NCBI GenBank assembly: GCA_010093815.1
Contig: ML996565.1
Origin: Pseudovirgaria hyperparasitica
Taxonomy: Eukaryota
DNA length: 64,000 nucleotides
Strand: one strand, 5' to 3'
The notes under the pieces were generated by a model, which had not been told where the DNA came from, made no database searches, and saw only the letters and a program-made list of their open reading frames with translations. Below, one piece after another: positions 52,248 to 64,000 of the stretch. Numbering within the stretch: position 1 is the stretch's first letter; every line of letters begins with the position of its first letter. A program made the translations under genes and the position numbers.

Positions 52248-53766
52248 TCAAAACCTGCTCGTGGCCGCTCTTGGTGGCGGTGCATACACCATCCTCTCCG
52301 GCGCCGTATACGCCTGTCCACTCGCTGGACCGGCGCGCATCCGCGTGCTCTCCTCTCTACTCCGTATCTCCCGCTCGTTTTGGACGACTGTACAACAGCA
52401 GCAACAGCAGGCTCGGATAATATCAGACGAGAGCGATCCTTTGAGCTTGTATAAGTGGCGGAGGCGTGTGCGTTGAAACATGGGAAAGAGGCCTGCGGAC
52501 ATTAGCGATTGCTTTGTTTTGAAGGAATTGATGGGAAGAGTGAAACGAAGAAAGGGGTAAATGAAAAGGCGACATACACCATAGCCCACAGCTCGCCGCC
52601 ATACAGCAACACTGCCCATTCACAGCACTCCAGCCCAGCATATCCGTGGGGTCCTTCTTTTCGCTCTTTAGGCTCATTCGATACGCCGTCTTGCCATAGA
52701 CAATACACGGACAAAAGAACCCCGTCATGCATGTTCCAACATCGCTTCCGCACCCACACAGACCATTCATCCACGTCGAGTCCTCGCCAGGCAGGTTGTG
52801 ATTCATGTTCGGATGCACAATTTGACCCGGCTTGTGTATATCGAGCTGGGCACCATTCGGGCCGACGAGGGCGTCAGGGGCGAAGATTGCCTGTGGAGGT
52901 AACGTAGGCGTCTGGGCTTGGTGAGGAGTCCATGTTCGAGCGGGTGAAAGAGGCGTGTCGTGTCGGTTCTTGATGTCGTCGTCGCGGTCCGATTTCATAG
53001 GTCGGGGCGAGAGCGGAGGCGATAATGGCGGAGGCGGCGATTTTGGTGTCTCCGGAGGGTATTGGGCTTGTTGGTGGGGAGTAGTAGTCCGTGACGGATA
53101 TTGATGCATAGGCAAAGCCGGCTGTTGGGTATGTTGATATGGAGTAGTCGTCCGGGAAGGGTGTTGTGGAGTCTGCGTTCGCGATGGGTATTGCTGCTGA
53201 GGCATCTGATGCTGCGGTAACTGTTGCTGCACAGGATGCTGTGCTTGTGGCAGAGCATAAAAGGCAGGATGTGTCTCTGTCGGAGGAGCAAAATTGTACG
53301 GAGAGACACGTCCTCCGCCTCCCATCTCTTTCTGTCGCGCTTCCTCCTGCTGTCGTTGCTCCAGTGTCATCGATCGAGGTAACTGATATCCATGTCGGTC
53401 GATTGGAGAGATAGGGGAGGCGTCAATCGGAGTTATTGGTGAGCCCAGAATGTTCGTCGGCGAGGCAGGTATAACAGACTCCGACGGCTGGAAGGCCTGC
53501 ATTTGATGGAAGGTCGCATTCTGAGCTTCAATCGGTGTCTGGACGTAGGAGAAACGATTCTCGTTGGACGGCCGTCGTGTACCATATGACGGCCTCCTCT
53601 GCTGTCGTGGTGGAGTCGCAGTCGCAGTTGCAGTCCTCTCTTGCTGGTCCACCTGTTGGAGTGGCTGTAGATCGACTGGCATTTGCCATGAGAAGCGTGC
53701 ATGCGATCTCGACTCATCCTGCACTTGCTGCACCCGACTGTTTTGGTAGCCTCCTCGTTGTGCCAT
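52248..53766 (-). CDS. PLAC8-family Cys-rich protein with a long Gln/Pro-rich N-terminus; exons 53766-52578, 52492-52248
   Basis: W.NGLCGC..D.GTC..GFFCPCIVYGKT, QR..LR..YKLKGS..SD...ACCCCCC..VQNEREI. Confidence 0.9.
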
Positions 53767-54662
53767 ATTTCTGCGCGATCACTATTTAGACCTGTTCAAG
53801 CTTCGGAAATATAGGTGGCAAATGGCTCTGGCAGGCTGTTTGTGTATGTGTGTCAAGTCAACAGTATCTGATCACACATCACTCGTGCGACCAAGCCGCA
53901 AACCCCAGTCTCCTGATCTCTTTCCTGTCGCGACAACGTAACGGTAAGCGCGTACGGGGTACCTCGGTAGAAAGATGCGAATCGTAATTAGGACGAGCAC
54001 TCGAGAGCCAAGCGCGCAAGTGTGTTGATGTAGATGACGATGACGGCTTCACGTCGTGCTCGGGAAGAAGGCAAAGGACATGACGGGACTTTTGGCAGTG
54101 CCGTGCGACGACGACGACCCGGACATGTAGGCAAAGCGGCGCAGCATCATTGGCGTCGATGCATATGCATCAATCAGATCACAGGGAAGTGTCGGCACCA
54201 TTAGACGCGTGAGGAGATGGTAAGTGGAGAGGCGCTGGAGAGCTTGCGCAGTGATTTGAGTGTGATAGCGCAACGATCCCACGCCGAGACAAAGGCCCGA
54301 GCTGTGATTGGTGGAGCGGGTGTCTCTATTGTGGCTTCTAGCAACAGTAGTACATACTCGACCATCCCTGGTAGTCTGGTACGGCGCTTAAGACTCTCGT
54401 CAACTGGCCAACAACCGCTCACTTGCATATATATACACTTCGGCCACTTACACAGCCTTTTACCCTGAAACCCACTCCCATGGGTGTCTCGAGCCGTCAT
54501 CACCTGCAACACAGACGGCATGCTGCATACACAGCCTGCGTAGACAATGCATCCTACATACTGAACCCTCTTCCTACGCCACCACACCGTCCATTTATAT
54601 CACTCCATCTCTGCAGCTTCCGCCCTTTCTGTCCATCTCTCTCATCTATCGGGCCGAGTCGA

Positions 54663-57600
54663 CTAGAGCTCGTCTGGATTCATACCAGGGGGAATATGCA
54701 GGCCGGCCGTTGCCATCTCTTGCAGAAACGTCGACGTAGGATCCGACGATGAGAAGCTGGGGGCTACCAACTTCGCTGCATGTATCATCCCTGTGATGGC
54801 TTTGATGTTACCTTTCAGAATATGTCTCTGAAGCCATGTACGATGCGCCTTGGCCAGAGTCTCCGCGTCTTTGTATTTGCCCATAAGCTCGAGTTTGGCC
54901 TGTGGTAAGTTGCTGACCATGTCTCGCAACGTCTTTTCAATACTATCGGCTGTTGCTTTCATCTTGGTCCTTTGCGAGTCGTCTGCCATGTACTCCTGGA
55001 CGCGACCGAGGTTGGCAATGGCGCCCAGCTTCCATTCAGGTGGGTATTTGACTGTGTCTCTACTTGTCAACTTCCTATCTGCAATGATGCCTTTAGACAG
55101 GTCGTCGTTGAATACCTGCAGATCATAGTTAGTGACTGCCGATAGATCAGTATATGGTGATCGTTACCAAGGCCTTTGCTCCATTAAGTGTGTTCGTTAG
55201 CATCACCATGAAGTCTGCATTCGTCTCGGTGCCAATACTAGACATCAACGCCTGCGCCCAATTGGCAGATTGAAACGGTGCGGTCGGCGTAACGTCAAAG
55301 AACACGTCCTGTATGTCTGTACATGTCATTACGTCTTGGAGACTGGTGATAAACTCTCTCAGCCAGTTTCCCTCATAGATATGCTCCGTGTTGAACATTT
55401 CGGCAGCTCCAGGGTCCTTAGGAGGAGCCACCATAGCATGTGCGACCTTATAATCGGTGCAGTCATCCGTGGCTTTGGCAGAAAACCACTCAGTAATGCT
55501 TGGATTGGCTTGTGCACGAATCACCGAAGGCGCGTAATACTTGTCCAAGGTCATCGTTCTAGTAGCAGCAACGTCAGCAGAGCATTTTATCTCGTATTCT
55601 CGACCGCCAGCCCGCTTCCAGTACAGCTCTCGTTTCTCAGGTATGTTGGAACTCAAGTCTCCAGTGGCGTCCATAGGATCCACTTCGATACACGTTGCAC
55701 ATCCCGTAACAGGACATGCATCTGGTGAAGAGGTAGTCGTAACTGTCTGTAACGTCGATGTTCTGCTCGGAAGACTTGCAGATGGCGTAATTATGCTTGT
55801 GAGAAATTCCGAAGACCTGTCAGACGTTGGAATAGTCATCGAGGGTTCACTCGAGGAAGATGTAAGAGGGATGTTGCTCTGAGAGCCAACACTGCTCATT
55901 GGAAAGCTCGACATGATTGACGAGGTGTCGTGGAGTGTAACAGATCTAGACCCTGTTTCTATTGTCGAGGAAGCTAATGATGAGTCTGTCTTTGGAGTTA
56001 TTCGAGGGTCGGTCGAAGAGGTAAGCCTACGACTGATCGGAGACTCTTCTATATTTGAAGCAGTGTCTGACATCAAAGTCATATCTGATTTCGTGATAAC
56101 ATCCCTATCAGACGATACTCTCGTCTGACTAGGACTCAGACCACTCGAGCTTCTAGATAGAGAAGAGCTTTCCGGTATGGTCTTGGTAGGCCTCGATGTC
56201 TTCGAAGTCTGATGTCGCGAACTCGGTTCAAGCACCGTCAAGACTTTCGGTGGCAACGTAGTCGTATGATGCCTCGTTGGTCTTGCGGTTGGACTGGGAG
56301 TCTTCGCCTTTGATTTTGTCTTCGTCTTCTTCGGTCGCGACGCACCTCCGCCTCCGTCTCCGCCTTCCACAGCATTGTGGGGACCAAAGGCGATACAGTT
56401 GGAGGGCAGAGGCCAACTTTGCTGGAAGAGACTTTGCTCCCAGAACGGATCAGCTTCATTTCCTGATGTTGCAGCCTGTATCGAAAGATCTACGCCAACT
56501 TGTGCGTCTACATCGACGCCCAGCGTTTGGTCTCCTCCACATACACCGGCGGTGGAGATCATAGCGGCAAAATCGGCTTCGATGTAGGGCATCTTCATTT
56601 CAAGGGAGACCTCAAAGCCTTTACCGAGTGCTGATGCGCTGAGCTCGACTCCGACTTGTGCATAAACTTCGCTGGACCCTTCAACTTTTGCATCGGTCGT
56701 GAGTGGGATCGGTTTTAGAACAGGGTTCCAGCCGGAGAACTGGTTCTTGTTTGAGTTCACGAGATCTACTTTCACGACGGCAGCATTTGAAAGGTCTAGG
56801 CGTGCTCCGAGTGACGCCTGTGCGGAGCCAGTCCATTCCCCAAGCTCAAATCCGACGTCCTGGGATGTATGTTAGGCCTCTTACTCCGAATAGAGAATGA
56901 AAGAATGAACTAACCACGTCTAAGAAGGCACCAACTTTCAAGATCTTTGCGATCGAGAACCCTTGGATTGGAATGGAGACTAGGTTCTTCTGCCAGCTGT
57001 AAGGTTGGCCCAGGGTCCCTTGCGCGGAGAGCCCGAGTTCAAGGAACGCTGCGACGTCCCTTGGCTGGAGAGTCATCGATGCAGATTGAAGTTTGAACCA
57101 ACTAACATCCACATCGAAGTCTACATCTAGACTTCCTGTTGTACCACAATTCGAACAATCGACTGCAAGATCTATTCCTGATATGGTTGTACTGAACAAT
57201 TGACGGCTAAAATCCGACCTCAGTCCAATCTCCAGGTCTGGTTCATCTCTGATGTCAAGGCGATGATCTTCCAGGGGTTTGTGTCCAACACTGAGAGAAT
57301 AGGTACTGGCTATCTCCTCCCAGCCCCTTTGCTCCGCCGTCATGAAAATCTTGAAGTTCTTGTAGTCGAAATGGACTTCGGACACCACCCAAGGTTGCCT
57401 CTGCTCTTCTGGCGCGCATCTTTTGTCATCAGCAATGATCACAAATTGACGCTCTTTGAAGTCATTAACCCATTCCCAAGCTTTCGTAGCGTAGGCGAAT
57501 GTCGAATTATCGTAGAATGTAAGAGACATGCTCTTGTCGCAGTCCACCGACTTGAGCAAACTCCGAAAACGTTCCATCGATAAAACAAACTCGAATTCCT

Positions 57601-57908
57601 CTGGGAAGTATAGCGTTAGGTTCGCGAAGACAAAGCTCTGGGCACCTGGAGAAGGTCAGAATATATCATGTCTATCCACAATTCGACTGGCCATTAGCGC
57701 CCCAGAAGAAGTTCTCCTGATTGCGTAGATCAAGATCCGTAGTCTCGCCATCATACTTCCTCTTCCTATTGATAGGCAGAGGTGGTCGCCCCGTAATATC
57801 ATGAACAGTGATGGGTTGAAGTTGAACTGGCTCGGTCGCCGAGAGATCAGTAACGAGCGACAAGACGGAAAGCACTAGACTCAGTATGAGCGAACGAGAT
57901 AGCATCAT
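54663..57908 (-). CDS. Secreted modular protein (~1030 aa): signal peptide, conserved beta-rich fungal N-terminal region (DUF7029/DUF7223-like), Ser/Thr-rich linker, KR sites and a distinct C-terminal domain; exons 57908-57692, 57645-56915, 56859-55168, 55115-54663
   Basis: Four collinear minus-strand ORFs join in frame through three introns with branch sites. Hydrophobic N-terminus. Motifs FFWG, FAYATKAWEWVN, DCSNCGTTGSL and NTEHIYE. Confidence 0.85.
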
Positions 57909-59048
57909 GGCAGTATATGATTACACCATTAAATGTCGGCAAGGCGAAGAGGCGATGGGCCTACCTGTATGTATATTGAGCAGAATATCATCGAGTGTAT
58001 AATGATATGAGAAGGCATACGGAAATTCGCATGGCATCAACATGGCTGTTGTACGGATACGCTGGTACCTTGCAGCAAGCATATTTTAAGCCTGCTGCTT
58101 ATGTTGGCGCTCGTATTCTTCTACCGGGCCTGCTACTTCTATTAGCACCCGTATTCATGTTGTTCCTCGTAAGAAGATGCATTTCCCTTCGGAGATTCTT
58201 GCTTGATGCAAGTTATCCAGCTTGAAAGCATATCTCAACCCTACAGGGTATTGCAGGAAAATGATAAGTCAGGTTCACAATCACGAACGACTGTAACCTC
58301 CTTCTCATACGTCGATACGAAGCTCCTTCAAATGGCTGTAGCAGCTGTGGCCTTAGTCTGACAGGGCCATGGTGTGCAATAATGCAAGGCTATCATGCTC
58401 AGCTGAAAATCTGAAACTGCCTATTCGCTAAGGACAAGCAACTACGACGCTGCAGTCAACCCCGCCACCACCATGTATAAATATATCAGAAATGAATTCC
58501 TTGTATTGTGACGGAAAGTCCCGCATGTCAGCGCGGAAAATGTCCCCCTAACTTCAATAGTCTCCATGTCAGGTACGCGAGTGATACTTCTCAGAGCAAA
58601 GTCGAAATGAACTTTGCGTGTAACGGTGATTCGAAGTTGCCCCGTACCTTCGTGATGAAGCCAACGGAGCACTTGGAGCATGTTAGATGTTCCTCAAACA
58701 GTCAAGGTGCACATTCGAGACTAAAGACAGGTGATGCGATGAATCTGTACATCGACGAAATGCAGCGCTTGCGATGGAATTGGCTCGCACAGGGGTATGC
58801 GTTCGGTTTCATAGTATACAGTTGTAATTTGTGAACATGCCTACAGATGCTGCATATTGTAATTGACGCAGGAAATTCTACACTGTCTAAGGGAATTTAA
58901 CGTTGATTTATTCCTGTTTGAAGTTAGCTTGTGCTGCCTCATGAAGACAAGCTACTGACCTGCCCCCGCTCTGGGTCGACTGGACCTGTAATATGACCGT
59001 CAGCAAGCTTTAGGTATGTTCCCTGAGTTCCCTTTTTACCTGACTTTT

Positions 59049-59874
59049 CTATCTTGCTGGTCTTGCGGGATCAACAGTACCTTGTGTTTTCGCAGTCTCA
59101 GGGGAGCCTTCGGACTTCGTGCTTGATTTCCCACCTTCCGTTGGGTCGGTGCTGTGCTTGGTGTCCGTGTTGGATAGACCTTGCTGTTTGCCCGACATAG
59201 ATTTGGACTCTGCAGAATCGTTCTTCGCATCAAGCTTCTTGACAGGTTTCGCACTGGTATCGCCCCTTTCGGTGCCTTTGAGCCTACCAGAGTCTGATTC
59301 ACCCTTCGAGTCCTCGTCTTTGTTGTCACCTTCATCATCCCCGCCATCTTGCTTCTTGTCGTCGCCATCTTGTTTTTCTTCATCTTCCTTTTCCTCGCCA
59401 TCATTCTCGTCCTTGGACTCCTCATCACTTGATTCGTCTTCCCCTTCATCCTCTTTGTCATTGTGATCGGCATGAGAGCCGTGGTCAGCGTGGTGGTCTT
59501 CCTCTTGGCTAAGGATCCAAAATATAGCGGGTACAGTTATACCAATCGATCCGATAGCCCTGTGACGTATATGGTGAGTTTATTCGTCCTATACAGATCA
59601 AACACCGCGCAAAACTGGCGCGGTACAATAAGATTGAAAGGGTCGCCGATGCTATATTGAGCGATGCATGTTGTGGCCGATGGGATTTAACATACCAGGG
59701 AATATCACCACGATATTTACCGAGACCGCCAGATGTGGAAGCATAGCCTCGTCGTGACTGCTGCTGACCGAATCGTTGCCATGACTGCGAATAGGAGCAG
59801 CGAAAAGACTTGGTTGTGCTGGCGAGACCAGATCGCAGAGGCGATCGGAAGGCCATGGATCTAGGGACAGGCAT
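59049..59874 (-). CDS. Small conserved fungal protein, probably mitochondrial: Arg/Ser-rich presequence, one TM helix, acidic region; exons 59874-59696, 59559-59049
   Basis: SRRGYAS cleavage-like motif, DIPW|AIGSIGITVPAIFWIL, and C-terminal SGKQQGLSNTDTKHSTD...ETAK.QGTVDP.RP. Exon 2 is missing from the ORF track. Confidence 0.82.
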
Positions 59875-60536
59875 GATTGGGCTTTGGCAAATTCAATTGG
59901 CGAATTGACGGGCTACCGAAAAGCTTTGCAAGATAGCAATGCGATGGCAAGGCTGTGAATGAGGATGCTGTAGAGGACGTCGGACAAGGTGAAGCTCCCA
60001 CTAATTAGCAGCTTGCTAGGCAAAGCTCGGTTGGTGAGATGATGCACGCGCCACACACGCCACATACGCCACATCTAAACTACACCTAGGTAGGTAATTC
60101 CAATGAGCTTTTGGGGCAGAATCACGTGCTTCTTCTGATGTCAGGAAGCAGTTCAGGCTTCAAATGGAAATTCCAAGTGTCTTCTGCACAGCTTCCAATT
60201 GTCTGCTGCATGAGGACCAGGAGAACCTGGCACGATCTATAATAATACTATATCACTTATTCTAGTCCCCCCCTTGTTCTCCCTTCCAGCGTGGTAGCCT
60301 TGGTAGCACCAAATAACTCATTACACTGCCTGGTCCACTCTCCGTACTTTGTCTGTACCCCGCCGCATTCTTAGGCAACGCGTCTACGACCACCACAGGA
60401 TTGTGTTTCGTGTTTGGCACCTAATGTATTTCCACACTAACATCCGTGAAGGGCAAACACTCGTCTTTTCTCTCTGAACCTCAGACTGCTATCATCTCCG
60501 AACTGCCTATTCCATTATCTCTTTCCATACTCAAAC

Positions 60537-63500
60537 ATGGCGTCCGCTGCCATTCCACTGAACCCTCAAGCAAGCAATGTGGGCCACCTCCTGCCAAAGC
60601 TTTACGATGCAGACTCCGACCTAAGATATATGGCCTTGAACGACCTGTTGCAGATGTTCAACCTCGCTCACCCGAATTTTCTCTCCTCCGACTATAGTAT
60701 CTGTGCGAAGACGGTTGATGGCTTGCTCCACACCCTGAACGATACGAATGGCGAAGTCCAGAACATGGCTATAAAATGCTTAGGGCCTTTTGTAAACAAA
60801 TGTCCAGAATCTATACTATGTCCGTTACTAGACAAAGTCTCGCAGATCGAAACAGGAAACATTGTGGACAGCTCTATACCAGCACTGGCACTACGCGAGA
60901 TTGTTGTCTCTTTTCCACGGCCCTCGCCCGGTGTACCACGGAAGAAACAGGTTCAAGATGCATACGCTGCCATCAGTAAAGCTCTAATTCCTCGACTTGT
61001 CGGCCACAATGTCATGCCTTCTCAAAAGACACCAGCTACATCACCTCCGTCCATGTTACAAGCCGACGTTGACGCAGGCACCGATACCAACGCCATAGAC
61101 GCCCTTACTGAGGTTGCACGTTGTTTTGGTAGCATGCTACATGAAAGAGAAATAGAAGCCCTTCTAAAGACAACTTTCGATATACTACAAGCGGAGAAAG
61201 CGAATTCTGTGTTGAAGAAGAAGAGCGTGGTTGCAATTTCAGCCCTGGCGCCGCACTTCTCCGATCTACTGTTAAGCTCGTTCATTTCGCAGCTAATCGA
61301 AAATCTGGGAGATCCGCATCTCACGCATGGAAAGAAGAGATTGTACATCACAATCCTCGGATCCATGTCACGGTCAATCCCAAAGAAGTTCGGCCCATAT
61401 CTCAAGACGTTAGCACCTTTTGTTCTCAGCGCTTTAAGCCAAGAAGATCTTGATGAGGATATGGGTTCCGATGAGGATGAATCCCGCGATCCTGAGGTAG
61501 ATGAGGTGCGCGAGGCTGCTCTGACAGCTATAGACGGCTTCCTTGCGTCATGCTCTCAGGACATGTACATGTACACACCCGAAGTCGTCTCTGCGGCGAT
61601 TCGGTTCCTCAAATACGATCCTAATGTTCGAGACGATGAAGACGATGATGATGACGAAGACGAGATGGACCCGAACGACGATTTTGAAGACGATGATTTT
61701 GAGGAAGATGCTGGTCAAGATGACGAAGATGACAGCAGTTGGAAAGTGCGCAGATGTGCTGCGAAAGCCCTTCATACGCTTATAGCGACCAGGAGTGGTG
61801 ATCTGATACCTGATGGTACTCTATATCAGTCTGTTGCTCCTTCACTCATAGGCCGATTCAAAGAGAAGGAAGAGAGCGTTCGTCTTGAGGTATTGAGCAG
61901 TCTGTCAACGTTAGTCCGTAATACCGGCGACGGCTCTGCATCTGCATATCACCTGCAAGCAAATGGAGCTCATACAGCTATGGGTCCTCCACCAACCCGT
62001 AAGCGAAGGAGAGGTGGCAGCGATGCAAGTATGGTGGATTCTCAAACCTTGAAATCAGTGTCTGCTGGTTATGACTCTCCCGCTCCAGCTTCGCCACCGA
62101 CTGGGCCTCGGGCAAACCTAGCCTCAATTAGTCCAGACATCGTGCGTGGCTTAGATCCGCTTCTGAAGACTGGTCCCGTTCCTACTAAGCAGGCATCGAT
62201 CATTCTCCTGAGGGACATCGTTCTTACACAGCATGGAGGTCTGAGTGGTTTCCTAGACCAGATTATGGGACCCATTATCGATGCGATCAGAACATCTGGA
62301 ACTCATGCCACCGCAACGTCTGGATTTTCTTCGTCCGTAACAGCTAATAGTCTGAGGATGGAATCTTTACGACTGCTGGGATCCATCGCAGATCTACATT
62401 CGTCCAAAGGCCTACAGCCCTTCCTTGCCAAAGTTGTACCAGTACTTATTGTAGCCGCACAGGACAAATACAGCAAAGTCGCAGTCGAAGCACTCATTAG
62501 TGTCGAACAGGTGATTAAGGCGCTCACCCCTCCCAGAGCAGCCTCTCAGGAGCAACAAAATCGGGTCTATTTGGAACAACTATATGATCTCCTAGCACAT
62601 CGAATCTCTTCGAAAGATGTCGACACAGAGGTTCGCCGAAAGGCTGTTCATGTGCTAGGTCTCTTGATTGGTAGAACCTCGGGTACTCCTGACCTTCTTT
62701 CTCCTAGTAAGAGGCAAGAGGGCTTGGACGCACTCCTTGTCCGTCTCAAAAACGAGCTCACACGGCTGGCAACCGTCAGGGCAGTCGACGTGATCGCAGC
62801 CCATACCCAAAGCACTCATGATCTAAGTTCGCCTTGGGTCAGAGAGGTGACGACAGAGCTAGGCGCGCAGTTACGCAAGTCAAGCAGATCCCTCAGAGGG
62901 GCAAGCCTGTCTGCTTTGAAGACTTTGACCTTATCATCCCCATGCCGAGAGCTTTTGGATGCTCCCACAATTAAGGCAGTAATCGAGATGCTGCTACCGA
63001 TCCTATCAGGCGAAGACCTACATATGCTTGGTCCAGCCCTAGTGATTCTGGCAACATTCATCAAGGACAATGGTAAGAAATATGCCACACCTGACTTTAA
63101 CAGTGCAGTGTGCAATGTTACCACTTTTACGGTGACGGGATTAGCGTTGGAAGCATACCTTGCGCTCGTCCGTGCTATTGGTGAACAGGGCGCTGGCAAA
63201 GATTTGATGCAAAAGTTCCTCAGCATAGGGGTTAGCGGAGCGCCAGACATTACTGGTAGATCTATTGGCACATTGCTGGTATATGGTAGTCAAGTGGACT
63301 TGGGTGTCAAGCTGGAGCAGTTTCCCCAAGAGCTCAAATTTCCAGAAGATCGCCGTCAATGCCTCGCCGTAACTGTGCTCGGAGAAGTCGGGTTCCAAAT
63401 GGGCACAAACTCGCCTCTACCACCAAGCCAATTCATTGAATGTTTTCAAGCGCGTTCTGATAAGCTACCCTTAGCTGCGGCTATCGCAATGGGACGAGCT

Positions 63501-64000
63501 GGCTCGAGCAATATCAAGGTATTCTTGCCTAAGATTCTATCAGCTATGGGACAGCAATCGAGCCCCCAATACCTTCTCATGCATTCTATCAAGGAGATAC
63601 TGCAGCACAAGGAAGCCGAGGCTGAGGTCCTCCCATACGCGCAAACCCTCTGGCAGAATCTTGTTGCAGCTTCACAGGCCGAGGACAATCGCGCTATTGG
63701 TGCCGAGTGTATCGGCAGACTAGCTATCATCGATCCCAAGACATACCTCCCACAACTTCAGGTAGCTTCGACTCCAGCGTTTTCGGACTTGGTACTGACA
63801 TGAGTAGAATATGCTGAGCGACAGAAACGTTATTGTTCGCGGAATGGTGACGGCAGCCCTGCGTTACACGCTGGCAGATACAGATGAAAGCTATGACCAA
63901 TACCTCAGGCCAATCGTCATCGGTATGCTTTCGAAGATGCTGAATGAGAGTGATCTGGAAAATCGCCGTTTGGGACTTACAACTTTCAACTCTGCCATGC
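60537..64000 (+). CDS. CAND1: Cullin-associated NEDD8-dissociated protein 1 (TIP120), HEAT repeats; intron 63762-63807; truncated by the window end
   Basis: D.DLRYMALNDL, D.NGEVQNMAIKCLGP, YDPN, DD.SWKVRRCAAK, RFKEKEESVR, RLKNELTRL and AECIGRL motifs. Confidence 0.97.

Noticed and set aside
53814..53822. GGTGGCAAA (Rpn4/PACE consensus) upstream of the PLAC8 gene
   Set aside because: Single site only ~50 nt from the ATG, probably in the 5' UTR, with no functional link.
59036..59473. 145-aa Lys/Met/Arg-rich ORF
   Set aside because: Alternative frame of the acidic exon 2 of the mitochondrial protein.

Overview
Eukaryotic genomic DNA from a filamentous ascomycete (Pezizomycotina, possibly a Dothideomycete; taxon is inferred). 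It is gene-dense with short (~45-85 nt) spliceosomal introns. About 17 protein-coding genes are supported: a conserved hypothetical, LAS1, SEC61, a haloacid dehalogenase, an ArAE/FUSC-type transporter, an orphan low-complexity ORF, an OPY1-like dual-PH protein, PSD2, an MtnX/Pyp1-like HAD phosphatase, NHA1, an Aly-type alpha-arrestin, DPB11/TopBP1, a secreted PKD-domain protein, an RluA-type pseudouridine synthase, a PLAC8 protein, a ~1030-aa secreted modular protein, a small mitochondrial acidic protein and CAND1 (runs off the end). No transposon, rRNA, tRNA or CRISPR is evident. Best leads: (1) the secreted modular protein looks like a Kex2-processed toxin precursor with an EHxxE-motif C-terminal domain ending in PDEL; (2) a GUG-initiated, presequence-like extension on the pseudouridine synthase; (3) two required GC-AG introns; (4) recurring C-rich-then-G-rich skew switches independent of gene direction, and a microsatellite-dense island at ~29-47.6 kb. 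All family assignments come from motif recognition, not database searches.
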